NCBI GenBank assembly: GCA_013239625.1
Contig: MU053881.1
Span: 9,385,957 to 9,449,956 of the forward strand
Length of the DNA: 64,000 nucleotides
From: Lama guanicoe
Taxonomy: Eukaryota
Direction: 5' to 3'
The position numbers and the translations under genes were made by a program. The notes under the pieces were generated by a model, which was not told the DNA's origin, made no database searches, and worked only from the letters and a program-made list of their open reading frames with translations. Positions 27,401-41,060 of the stretch are shown in pieces; the first letter of the stretch is position 1, and each line of letters begins with the position of its first letter.

Positions 27401-28069
27401 TTCCACTGGAATCCAATTAGATTACACAAGGAAATCTTAACCTGTGGTCTGAAATGTCATGAGGGCTCAACACATATTGTCACTTGTATACACCAGGCAT
27501 ACACCCGGAGTTTAATAAGTATCTGCTGAATGAATGATCAATGGTCAGTTGCACACAGTGTCTAAAATGGCAGTGACCTTGCACGTCGTATAAAGCTGGT
27601 TTTATCTTTTATCATCAGTACTAACGGGTCCCATGGTTCCAGCCACTTAATAGGTTTTGGGTAGGTCTGCATACAGTAAGTTGACAATGAAGTCATTCTA
27701 TGTTTAAAGGCTCAGAGAGTCTAGTTAATTTTTAGGTTGGCATATATGAGACCTATGTATTGTAGCAGAAATCATACAAGATTGGAGGAAACCCACCACG
27801 CTGATGGTGTCATTTCCTCCAACCAGATGCCTGACATTAGAAAAATCACCTCCTAGACATTCCTGAGCATTTCTTTTCCAAGCGTAAAATGAGGAGGATT
27901 GGACTAAGTTGAGGCTCCCTTTCAGCATTAACTCTTTGTGATTCTAAGTAATTTTCACAGTAAGATTCTGAAAGGCTTTTAAAAAATATAGAAGGCAAAG
28001 TTACATCTCTTTTGGTCTTCCCTCCATGACTTCCCTAGTGTGTACGGATGAATATAACTCACATAATGA

Positions 28070-28285
28070 TGATCATTGCTAACGCTTTCTGAGGACTTCT
28101 AAATGCCAGGCAATGTGCTAAGTGCCTTTATGTGGATTTTCTCATTGAATACTCACAAGTCAAAATAAAGCAGTATTAATATCTCCATAGAACCAAAAAC
28201 AAAAACTCAAACTTAGGGAAACTCACGAACTCATCGATGGTCCTGTAGCTAAAAAGCAGAATGAGGACATCTGACCTCAGAATAT
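28070..28285 (-). mobile_element. MIR SINE fragment
   Basis: CTGAGGACTTCTAAATGCCAGGCAATGTGCTAAGTGCCTTTA...CTCATTGAATACTCACAA. Confidence 0.65.
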
Positions 28286-30587
28286 TCTACAACGGTAAAA
28301 TCAATCAAATTCTGCCTATCTTCAACAGAAATATGAGTGGTCTTAAACTCCCTCCATGGATGACTGTACTTCCTTACTGAAGTACAGTCATCATCCCGAA
28401 TTGGCCCACTGTATAGAGACTGACAGACAGATATTTTTAAACCTCTGACAGTGTGCAGTTGTGGTGTGTTTGCATGTGTGAGTGTGAGGGTGGGTCGCTA
28501 AGCATGGCTGCAGCATGGGCAATGACATTCCAGTTCACCATGCAAGAAAGCCTCAGTTGACAAAGTGCCTCCAGAAGATGTAACTAATGACTCTCCTGAG
28601 AAAAATGTGATTTTATGCATTCTCCCAATGCTCCTCTCATCGTCAACTTAATAGAAGACAGCTCTAAGCTGACAGTCTCAAAAGGGTAATTTAAAAAAAA
28701 TTTTTTTTAAGTTACTTTCTAAATAGGTCTCACACAGACAGATCCCACTTGTTGGATTTGGGTCACAAAGCAGCTGAGAAGTTGGAGACACCCAGAAGTC
28801 CATGGGATATTGCAAGTGGTTGGGAACCTAAGTCTTCCAAGCAGTCAGGGAGGCTGTGTATGGAAAGAAGGTGAATGTTCCTTGAAGTGAGAAGCCTCTA
28901 AACATGATTTCTAAAGGGAGAGGATGCTTTTTGACTCAGCTGCCATTGGAAAAGTAGTTAGGCCCTATTCTTACAATGCATCAGCAGAGGCCTTAAGTTA
29001 ATTACAGCCTTGTATTCACTCTGACTCTATTATCTCATATTTACAGAGGCAAAGAAGATGGTTTAATCACTGAAGTGGTTTTAATGTGCACTTATCTCAC
29101 TTTATTCATGCTGTGGGGAGAAAAAGAATGTGCATTTTTTTGTGTGAACATGTATTTGTATTTTTAAAAAAAAGGAAAAAAAGAAAGAACAATTTCATCT
29201 GTTCTTCAATTTCGTAACATACATTAAGGGAATCCAAGTTACTGTACCCACCTGACAGATGCAGTGTAGCACTTTCCACCTCTTGAACGTGGAATCCATT
29301 TAAAAGGCTCCTCCATTCTTAAATGGTTAATTTCAAACTTTCCCAAGGTACTCTCCTCTAAGCCCCATTACCAACACATGATTGTCACTGCAACACGGCT
29401 TTACTGACACATCGGTGTTAAAAGGCACTGACAGAGCCAACAGGAGCGAGCCGAAGCCATTTATATATACTGTAGAACTACACTGACAATCCAAAGGAAC
29501 ACGCCATCTGTATTCTGTGTTGCTGCAACCTACTGAACTGTGGGTTTGCAATTTCAGAATTCAGAATGTCATGCCTGGCTCCACTTTTAGGGAGCTCCCA
29601 CAGCTGCTACTTTTGCTTCCCTGCCTTCAGAATTCTGATGCTGAAGTTAATATATGAAGACATTCTTGTGTAGTGATGGAGACATGGCAGTAGGGCATGC
29701 TAGAGCACCATATATTTTTATGTATTTATTTATTCAAGCTGTGTGGCCTTCCCCCACCCCCACCGCCTCCTTTCCCTTTGCAACTTATCAACCTCAGCCC
29801 TCAGACACTCACACCCACACAATGATCTCAGCAGGCAAGGAAGAAAAGCAAAAGCAAATGCACTTTAGGAAAAAGTACAGGAAACCAACACTGAAATGGC
29901 CATTACTGGGCATTTCCATTTTACCTGTGGTTTCAGCTTCTGCTCCAAGTGCATGCAATGAATGTGGCCTGATTACCTTAATTCGGTGATATTGGCAATA
30001 ATCACAATGACAGGCAGTGCCCAGGAGATTGTCCTTGACAGAAGAGCCTCAAAAATGGAGCTACGGAAAATTACTGTTGAGCACAACACACAGAAGAAAT
30101 AACAGAGAGATGCTCAGGGATCCATTTCCTGGGAGAAGGGTAGGTGGTCAAAGAGGAGAATTCACTTTGTGATGAACAGTAGGGTTGACGAGTTGAGCTC
30201 TTATTGGTCTCTTCTAGCATTCTTACTCTCAATTAGAAAGGAGGATAAAAGATGAGCCAAGAGATATAACCACCACAGAGACAGTTTAGTGCTGATTCGA
30301 CTTGGTACAGAGAAAAGAAATCTTTTAAAAAATGAGTAAGAACTAAATATAAAAATTAAGGCAATTGATTTTTTAAAGGCAAAATACCAAGGGTTACTTC
30401 ATGAAGAAGAATCGTGAGCCAAATGAAAGGATCCTTTCTAGTTGCAGTATTGACCGCTGAGAGGAAAAAGATTGCCTGCCTCTGATGACCGTGGCCGTTT
30501 TACATGTAAGGAAGTCTGCTGTGCTGGGGGAATTGCAGATGAGATGGAAGCCAGGGGTTCATGACAGTACAAGTCATCGATGTGATG

Positions 30588-30627
30588 AAAACAAAACAAA
30601 ACAAAACAAAACAAAACAAAACAAAAC
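30588..30627 (+). repeat. (AAAAC)8 pentanucleotide microsatellite
   Basis: Eight perfect units read directly. Confidence 0.95.
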
Positions 30628-30932
30628 AAAAAACAGGCTAAGATGTGACCAATGAATAATAAGAAAACTGAGACCTAAGAAGACATGGGAATGGTCAGGG
30701 CGGAGATGGGGATACAGAGAAAGGCTGGAACACCACCAGACTGTGCTCTTTGTTTGCAGCACTGTCAGAAAAGCATCACTAGCCATAAAAAAGCATAACT
30801 TTTTATAGGATGCTCTACCTCTGGCCGACACAGGAGTTCTCTACCAGAACTGGAGCGAGAGTGTCAACTGAAATTCACCTGTTCCAGGCTTCTCTCCATT
30901 GCAATACCTCGAGAAATCTTAAAAGGCTTTTA

Positions 30933-31094
30933 TTTTATTTTTATTTTATTTATTTATTTTTATTTTATTTATTGGGGGGGGGAGGTAATTAGGTTCATTT
31001 ATTTATTTATTTTTAGAGGAGATACTGGGGAATGAACCCAGAACCTTGTGCATGCTAGGCATGCACTCTACCGCTGGAGCTAATTCCTCCCCTC
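30933..31094 (-). mobile_element. tRNA-derived SINE, Vic-1 type
   Basis: Reverse complement of the same head and tail (GGAGGTAATTAGG on the + strand; T-rich tail). Perfect 12-bp TSD AAAAGGCTTTTA at 30921-30932 and 31095-31106. Confidence 0.9.
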
Positions 31095-34000
31095 AAAAGG
31101 CTTTTAGAAGATATGAAAATGAGATTAACTGGTTCTACTCAACAGGACACCTCCCTGCAGAGTTTATTCAAGTTAACGTAAACTACCCTCTGCGTGTGGG
31201 TATGTATGTTTAGATGTATTCATAGCTGCATCACATCCATATGTGGATATATACCTATATCCCTACCTAACTAAAAATAACATACAATGAGCTTCTGGAG
31301 TCTACCTCCAAGCCCTCCTCAGGAAGAATGAAAACAGACTTAGATGTGGACGAGATCCAACCTTTTCTTCTATTTCATTGGCTGCCTTCATTCTCCACCA
31401 TTTGCTGCATGGTGTCTTGGTCCCAGTACTACATCTCCTTGTTTACAATACTTTACTGGAATGGTCATTTATTTGTATCAGGTTTGATGTATCACCTGGA
31501 GTTTGGGTAACTTTTCCATTTGCGATATTCCACCATTCATTCGTTCATTCGTTCGTCCCTTCACTCAACAAATATTCATGAAGCACTCGTTAGGTGGCAG
31601 GCAGTGTTCTACTGAGCCCTAAGAACGTGTTAGCGAGCAAAAGAGACAGAAACATACCAACTCTGTGCCCTTATGGAAGCGACCTTCTCGGGGCGCACAC
31701 ATACATTAGCCACCGAACGTCAGATTATGAAGCACGAAGCAGGCTGGGTAGGGAGTGAGGGGCACGGAGAGAGTGTAGTGTTTTCAGATTTTATAGAGTA
31801 GGCAGGGATGTACCACTTCAGCTCTGTGCTGTGCATCAGTGCTCTCTGTCCTTCTTTGTTTCTTCCCCATCTTTGCTTTGGAAAAGGAGGGATGTTATAG
31901 CTCCTGAAATACTAATTAGGAAGGGTCAATTTTCAAGTTTAGTATCACTTAAAACAAAATCATCCTCACAGTGCCTGTTACTGACTTTACAACACTCCTC
32001 TAAACACTTGCTGCCTTACTATGTTAAATATTATTATTCTTGGCAACAGACACCTACTCATTCCATGGGTACCTTTGTTTGAACTAAGCTGAATCTCAAT
32101 TCCATGAATATCTCAAAAATCTGCTAATGGAAAATTATGGCATCACATGTAGGCCACCTTATACATTACCACTTGTCAAAGAATAAAACATAGAAAGCTA
32201 AATTAATAAAGAAAAATGGCCATGCTATCTAATTACCTGTGAACTTCTTGGGGCAGATTGGTTAAAAGTAAGTTAACAACCATCTGGTACCATCTTATCT
32301 ATTAATTTTGCAAAAATTATCACATAGTGATGCCATCTAATGCTGTTCAGCTTGTAGTTGAATTACAACCATAGTTAAATTACTGGTGGTCGTAGAAAAT
32401 GATGAAAGTCATTTGGTGTTTCCAGAGCCACAAAAGAGTTCATTCTCTCCCTTCCACCCTGATAATCTGATTTCCAGAAACTTACTGTGAATGAATGCAA
32501 ATTATTTATTGAAGCTTATTTATTATATTCAAAACAGAAGTGACCTAATTGCTTGACATGCAGGGGATCGTTAAGTTAAAATTTAGTGCATCAATCCAAA
32601 ACGTGGCATTCAGGGATGAAAAAGGAACTTACTGAAGATGTGTGGGACTGAAGTATAATTGAAAAAAGCATACAAAAATGTTAACTATTCTATATAAAGA
32701 TGTATCCTGCTCTATAAATGATTCTATGTATTCAGATGGATGAGAACCACAATGAAAATGGAAAAATGAAAACTCATGATGTGTTAGGAATGGGTGATAT
32801 AAAAAGGTATAGATTTTTGATATATATTAATATCAAATACATAGACTAATGTATTTTATATATGAAACCATCATTGCTCTAATATCACGCAATTTAAAAA
32901 TATAATTTTAATGTCTGAGGCAAGTGAACTGTTGAACAAGTCTGTAAATGAATGAGATGGTAGTGCCCTACTTTTTTGTTAACTGTGTCATGTCGTCTTA
33001 AATACGATATCTATCTCATCTTATGTCAAGATTCCAGGGCTTCTAACTATATTAAATCACATATTAAACATATTTTCTCATTTCTCCAAATTCAAGATTT
33101 TAATTCCCTTTAATGCACTATTTTAATTGGAATGTTGCTAAATCCGTTGACAGTCTTACCGACCATTTTAACAGCCTTTTAATTTGTCGTCTAGAAAATT
33201 ATAACTCTTCATTAACTTTGGGAGACACGGCATTGCAGTTGTGATATATCATTCCTCATTTTATTAACAATCTACTTAATGAAATTCAGGCTTCGAGCAG
33301 ATGATGGTGATAATGTAAGCACTTGCCCTGGATTTTCTTTTTTCTTCTTAACAAAATTAAGAATTTACTGATAAGCATAATAGGAGAATAAACATTCAAT
33401 TCCTCAGGAGTGCAAGAAGTGAAAACCTAAAGAAAGAGATTTTTGAGTCCTCCTATATATAATTAATATCCATATGAACTTCTCCAAAATGCCTAATCTC
33501 TTTACAACACCAATGGCATAATCTGGTAAGGAATTTTAGGAAGCATGACAATGACATTCAGGGCAGGAGTGGAGGAGAAAGGACACTCCTTTGGGGTGAA
33601 TCTGGAGGTCCTTTACTCCAAATGGCACTCACTTGTATGTGGACATTTAAATATAGTTGCCTTCTTGCTCATCAGATTTCTCATACTGTGGTATTAATAA
33701 TTCTTAATAAAATTAATTATGACAAGATACATTCAGAGACATGGCAAGTCAGTTGAAGACCTGAGTCTGAGTCTACAGAGAAGCAGAGTTAGAGGAAGTG
33801 ACCTGAGAGGGGTCTTCAGGATCAGTCACACTTTTCTTGGCCTCGCATGAGGAGGGGAAACTGACGCTTAAAGAGGATAACTGACTTGCCAAGGTAAAGA
33901 AAGTGAATTAGTGTTGGAATCCACGTAAGGGATGAGGCTTCATGAGGACAATGTGGTCCTCTTGCCAGGGTCCTCAGCTCGTGCGTGAGCTACTTAGCTC

Positions 34001-35149
34001 ATGAATCCTCTGAGAATATCCCCTTACACTGCGTCCCCTCACCAGTGCCACACAAAACTAGAGACGGCTATGAAAGATAGCTGCAGAGGGAAAAGGCATC
34101 TTCTCACAAGGTTTTTTTTTTTTTTCTTTTTCCCCTTTTGTTCAGGTTTATATAGCAAATGTTGTAACACACTGAGATTAATTTCCACATAAGACCTATT
34201 TTTCCCATGGGAATCAGACATCATTTCATTTTTTTTGTTCCTTCCTCATATCATGACACTGCCCTCCCTAGGGATGATTTGCTGTATAGGTGGAAAGCTT
34301 CCCACAGACACATACAAAATGAGACAGAGAAATCCAACAATCCCTGCCTTTGTCTCTCGACTGCATCTTTTTGGTTCTAGGCATTTGTGCATTTTGGACC
34401 AGGACTGGAGAGTTCCTTTTTGAGATAAACTTTAAGCAACACTTTATAGTTAGGGCAAATGGAAACTAATAGCAGGTCAGATTGCTATTTGATCTATAGA
34501 ATTTATAGGAATTGTACTAATGATCCTCTGATTAAAACACTTTACAACCAAACCAAATCAAATCACTCGACTCTATGTACAAACTCTTTATATAACATAC
34601 ACTTAATAAATATGATTTTATTTATATTCATGACCACAGATACATAAATACATATTTTAACATGTTTAATATAAGTAATATATTCTGTATGGTTTATGTA
34701 ACATATGTATGTAATATGTGTATATTTGTACGCATGAATATAAATATATATGTGTATGGTCAAGTGAAAAAAAAAAGTGTATCCTTTAACTAGACATCAC
34801 AATTCTAAATTTCATAGGATTTAGCAATTGAGATGCCATTGCCAATAGCCTGAGGTTTGAAGAGTAGACATTTGACCTTCTGTAGCCCCTCCTTAACTGG
34901 ATTCCAGAGAAACACGCCATAGGACTCCTACAGTCACACAGATTAAAATCGGTTTAGCAAAATATCATTATAAGAAAATGATACACTATAAAGTATGATG
35001 TTGGGATATGATTTGTAAGTCAAATTTTAATTCTGTTCTAAAACATATATTTGATTTTTGATGTGTGCCTGAAATGTTTAAACCTACATAGAAGTCTAAC
35101 CTACTTATTTTTTTTCCTTCCACGTTAGCATCCTTTAAAACACAAGTGT

Positions 35150-35592
35150 TTCAGAGGAAATTAGTGACAGGCACAGAGATTTATGTAGAATGATGTTCAC
35201 TGGAGCATTATAACAAAAAAAATGCATGAAAACTAAAATTCCACTGGAATAAAAAGATGAAATGAAAAGGAAACTGTGTGGGTATATTCACAAGAAAATG
35301 CCGTACAGCTGTTAAGGAAATCTTATTTCAGATGAATATTTTAAGAAAAGGAAAACATTCATGACATAAGTAAAAAGAGTAGGGTACCACACAGTACACA
35401 GAATTCCAAGTCTGAAAATACATTTACACAAATACATAAACAATTAAAGGCTAGAAAATAAATATACCAAAATGGTTAACAGCAGTTACTGTTGGGACAG
35501 AAAATAATAGGCTGTCATCATTTTCTTCTTTATATACTTATTTGCAAAGTCTTTACAATGGATGTGAATTGCTTTTATCGAGGAAAAAAAAA
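35150..35592 (+). mobile_element. Very old L1 3' fragment (L1ME-like)
   Basis: A-rich, with ATGATGTTCACTGGAGCATT and ATATACCAAAATGGTTAACAGCAGTTA motifs. Confidence 0.55.
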
Positions 35593-38500
35593 AATCCAAG
35601 GCAAGTACTTTAAAAAAACTCTTGAAGACGGATTCCCCAAATTATCCAAAACCCCACGCAGTATAGCCTGTACCTCACCCGCTCTGTCACTGAAGCTTGG
35701 TTATGCTGTCACGTGCAAATGTCCAGGTTCACAAATACCGAGTCACGCCGAGCACTAACGAACACACTATTTTCCAAAAATAAACAGTGAAACGAAGAAA
35801 GACTCTGAGTACTGGGCATTGTATGCTAGACACTTACTGTAATTATTAATAATAATTAATTTTATGAAAAGGATACTTAATAAAATAAACATAAACAGGG
35901 TTTAAGCTAAGTCCCTCCCCATCTGAGGTTCATTCAGGTCCCGGCTTAACATTTATTTACATTTAATATAAACTAATTTACTGTTATTATCATTTTTATT
36001 AGTGTCATCAGTTTCTCTGATTCACTTTCACATATTCAAGGGGAATCCACAATACTAATTTTCCAGCCTATAATTTGTATGTAACCACCAAGCCTAGTAT
36101 ACATCTCTCATACAAAATTAATTCTTGTCTCTTCTTTTAGTTATTTTGGATTCAGCTCTGATCAAATGAAATTCAAAACCTAGTTTATTATTTTTTTTTT
36201 TCTGAAACACAAAACCTCCTACTCAGGTCACTGAAACTGCATCAAACAAGAGGCTAATTAACGTGTTTATTACGTTTGCTCTGAAGTAAACACACATTTT
36301 CAAGAGTGAAAAGTCTTTTCCTTTTTCTTTCTCTCTTTTTTTTTAAAAGAAGTGCCAGGTGATAGCAGCCATAAACACTGCATACTCAAAGGAGAACTTT
36401 CTACAAATATTTTTAAAGGCTCCTTTTGGCTCTGAATAAAGCAATATACTGGGACTGCCACAGGAGCATAAGTCGGGCTGTGAGAAACCATAATCCGAAT
36501 ATGCTAAGAAAATGTAAGCAAAAAATTGCAAATAAAACTGCTTATATTCATGTAACTTGTTTGGCGACAGCCATATAGCATAAGGAAAGCTGCTATAACT
36601 CATAACAGCATCTTGTAATAAAACAGCTCTGTGCATCCCTCTCAGACTGCTCAGTGCTCGAATCTCATCAGATGGCTGAGTAAGCATTACACTTTGGGGC
36701 AGTAAATCTGCTTCCAATATGGTGTACATTCACAGATAGGCGTTTTAGTATTCAGCCTAAGACACTTGCAGCTAAGTACTTCTAAAGAAAGGGTAATCGT
36801 ATATTTAAATATCGGGATGCTATTCTGTCTATTTTAGTCATCTGGTTCACAAGAGAGCAAACCTAAATGGATCTCAGGGAACCTTCAGCAAACTCAACCT
36901 TGACTCGCAGCACAAACTCCCCACCCTACAAGGGTCTCGAGGAAGCCTTTCCTTCCCTCCGATAATACTGTGCGCTTCTCTCTGCCAGGGTAGTTTCTGC
37001 GTGGTATTAGCGTTACACAGTTCTTAACTACCTCCCCTGCACGAGCTTGTGAACTTCCTGGGAGTGTGGACTATGTACCTTTTTCATGTCTGTATCCCCA
37101 GCTCTGAAACAAAACCAGGGACAAAGCCAGCTCTGGGTGTTTGTTGACTGAGTGATCTCCCATGGTTTAAAGTAACCAGCCTGGATTTGAGGTTGCGAAT
37201 CCCTTTCCACAGCCCGAAGGTTTGAATGGGGGTGAGGATAAAGCAACCAACAGATAAGGCTTTCAAGCTGTTTACAGACACTCATTTTTTCGGAGGGACC
37301 CATCCTGGTTTGAGCTTTGGAAAAGACTGCTTCTATTCTGGTACCAACCCACTGGGATCAGAGAGGGGGGAACAGAGGTCTTTGTCCCTCCCGTTTCTCT
37401 TTGTGGAACTACAGCCACAGCAAGCTTACCTGCCTCAGCACAGTGACACAAAAGAGGAGAATTATTACAGGAAACAGAAACATTCTCTTGGAAAAGTGTT
37501 TTGTTTTTTTCTAAATTTAAAATTATCCCCATACTGATAAAGATTTCAGATCCTACCAAATCTGATCATTTAGAAGTCTAGGCAACTCTAAAGATAAATG
37601 TATCAAGTGGTTGGGTTGGTTTTAGACGAGTCTGAGCTCTGGCTGAGCAAGAATACCCCCCTCCCATCCCCCTCCCCCACTTCTGCAATGGTTTGTCTTT
37701 CCCTTGGTCTGTCTTTCAGGGGGTCCTTTTTGCATATATGTATCCATGTCCCCACCTAGAAAAATGAAAATTGGTGAGCCCTGTGGTCTCAACGTCAGCC
37801 TATGAAGGCAGACTTCTCTCTTAGAGAACAGTACAGGCAGAACCTCACGACAGGTTTACATGGGGGACCTGGTGAGGTTTGGACCACAAGAAATGCCACG
37901 TCATCGCTAAGTGAGAGTTGAGAGTTGGGAAGTCACTGGCCCCATTTCTGGGTGGACACAGAACGGCACTGGTGGGCAGCAAAGCTAGAGGAAAGTATGG
38001 TATTTTCTGACCCCTAAAAGAATCCAGTAAGTTTGGGAGTACCTGGCCTTAGTCTCCTGGGCTGGGACAGATTTTCCCATGGGAGGTCTGTGTCAACACA
38101 TGAACATGTTTGGGCTTATGGGATTTGCAGAAAGAGTCGTCCTGGTTCCAAAATAATTTGTCACTAGGCAGTCTGGTGGTAACACACCTGTTTACGATGT
38201 ATTTCACCATTAATGGACTCTACTCCCCAAATAACACTTTGGAGTAGGTACTAAGACACCAATTGTACAGAGGAACACACTTCACTCCCCTAGAGACTTG
38301 ACTAAGGCTCGCCTGACATCACGTGGTTCCCTGTGGTCTGACTCAGGCTTGAAGCCATCCCTTCCTGCTTCAAACGCTGTGTCCCTTTTACTGATCTCAA
38401 GGAGATCAGAATATCTGAGTTGCTGGAAAAATCTATGCAAAGGAACAAGTGAGGAGGGAGGCAGGAGCTGGAGAGATGGGCCTTGGGTTTCTTGGCAGGC

Positions 38501-38949
38501 TGGAACTCTGACTTGCTCTGATCCACCCTCTCTGCCGGTCCTGGAAACAGCAGGAGAGAGACAGGAGATGAAGGATGTGAGGGAAGGATGGGTGAGAACA
38601 CAGCACGGAGCTGGCGGCTGCAGCAGGTGGAGAACAGCTCAGCCCATCACTTAGAACAAAGGGGTGAGGAGGTGCAAAGGTTCTCTTAGGATCCGAGAAA
38701 GGAAAGGTGCTCGCCAAACAGGTAACAGCGAGGAGAGCCAAGGACCACCAATCTGGGGTTAAAATGATAATACTCACGTGAATTCCAGGGAGCAAAGGGA
38801 GTAATTTCCAGCCCCTGCTTCCTACTTTTCTTTAACCTTGTTAAAACATAGATGCTTCACTTGACGTAAAACATAGAATTCGTTAAGTGTTACATAAAAC
38901 TCAGCTCAATGAATTTAGGGGAAGGAAGCATGAACTTGACCAGCAGGTG

Positions 38950-39130
38950 ATGGAGCTGGATGGACACTGTACTAGGAGGTGGGAACTAGGGTTCTAGTGC
39001 TGAATTTAGGAGCCTGTGTGACCTTGGCCACCAGAGAAGCCCCAGAGTCTCAGTTTCCTTATCTATCAGATGAGTGCTTTGAAACAGATGGCCCCAAGGC
39101 TCTGTCTGGTTCTGAGATTCTCTGGTCGTG
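38950..39130 (+). mobile_element. MIR/MIR3 SINE fragment
   Basis: ACTAGGGTTCTAGT...TGTGTGACCTTGGCCA...GTCTCAGTTTCCTTATCTAT core. Confidence 0.65.
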
Positions 39131-41060
39131 GCACTTTTGAGAGTTTCCATGCCCTTACGGTTCACAGTTTCCAGAGAAAGAGCATCTGTCACGTCAATGA
39201 CACAGCATTCGTATCCCTCCCTTTATTTTCCTCCTGCTAAGGTGCCTTAATCCTGACAGTATAATAGAATAAATCACAGCCATCAGAGATGGGAGTGACA
39301 CTGGCCACACACATTAGAGATAAACAGTCAAAAATCATTCACCCGTGCCATCCCCTTGGCCCACAGCCTCTGCTGTCTGACAACACTAAGCTTGAACTAT
39401 GATTTCCATCTGGCTGCACAGATCTGAGCACCAAAATAACCCTCTGCATTGTCCTAATAGCTGTAATGATACTCTGCTTCTCAGCAGCCTGCCTGTCCAG
39501 ATCATCTCAACTTTTGGATTTGATTTCTTCCCTCCAGCAAGTACCAAGGGAAGCAGGGCTGTTATGTAGTCAATCAACAAACACTTTCTAGCACCGACAA
39601 ACTGCAGCCGCCAAAGTCAGACCGCTACAGTTTGGTTCTCGTTCCATCCCTTACACATAAGGTGCCTGCCCTGGGTAGGGTAACTAAATCCTCTAAACCT
39701 TGCTTGTTCTGATGTGGTGATCTTCATGCACAAATTTCATAGGTTATAATGAGGCACAGAGAAACTGTTCGGTACATTTAAGCTACCAACATTATCGTGA
39801 CAACATTTTTGTCTCTGTCTTAGACAAGAGGAGAGTACTATGGTGATACAGAAATGGGGAAATGGATGATGGCCACAGAAAGAAAACTCCAGAATGATAG
39901 AGATTTCAGAGTAATTGGCCTGGGCTAAACAAGGCATGCAATTGGCTTATTTTCAAGGTGCGCTCTTATCCATGGCTTTGTTTCATTTAACGCTTGGCTT
40001 CGCTGGCATTCCTGCATCTCTCCGTGAAAGCTACTTGTGAACGAGAAGCTGTGACATTCTGTACAACTCGCGATGGGTATGTTTTTATATAACAGAGGAT
40101 ATTCTGGTCTTTGAAACACATATTCCCTCTTATGGAAAAAAAGCTGTGATACACCTAAATTAAATCAGCTCTGAAAAGCCAAGGAATCCTTGTCCACTAA
40201 GGGTGACTGACGAGCAGGAAGCCAATGCTCAGGTTGTGTGGAGGGCAGCGGAGTGGAGACTAGTGGTGGCGGGGGGCACCTGGTTGGAGATAAAGAACAG
40301 GAGGGTTGGACCCGCTGCTTTGATTCAGAAAGCAAGACTGATGGATCGGGGCCATGATCAGACTGACATAGGTTTTCACTGTGCTCCACAGAACATCCAA
40401 CGCTCATGTTGGAAACTTAGCAAATCCAGGACAAGGAGTGGGCTTACTACCTTCAAGGATGAATGAACTCAGAGACTCCAAACGTCCATCACACACCTGG
40501 ACCCCGTCTAGGGCTCCAGACACCATTTCCTTTAAGGGATCCTGGATGACTCTCCCCACCTTAGGAACTATTTCCCACAGAGAACACTTAGGGACTGCCC
40601 TATCACGTAAATGATATTATACTGCTCTTCGGTTGGAAATCCTCCAATTAATTCCCACTGTCCACTGAGCCTTACTTACCTCTGATGTCTGTATCTCAGT
40701 TTTTCTATGTGTCAAATGAGGGAGATACTGAATTGATGGTGTGTGGAAGACCTCTTCGCACTTTATACTCAACCAAAAATACTGTCATTGAAAAAAAAAA
40801 AAAAAACAAGACCCAACAAAACACTATGAAAGAAGATACCTTCTGTTTGTTTCATCCTTGACGCAGTCCCTTTATAAAATGTGCTGAACCTCTGCCTTAG
40901 AAAGCTGAATCCTTCTAATTCTGTTAAAAGACTGAAAGTAAGTAGCTTACAGTAATAAGCTACTACATAATTTAACATCCTATGACTAACCATTCTTCTG
41001 AGATGCAAACCAAGGTTGAACAAAAGCAAGCTGTTCACAAAGATACTAATTCTATCTTTT

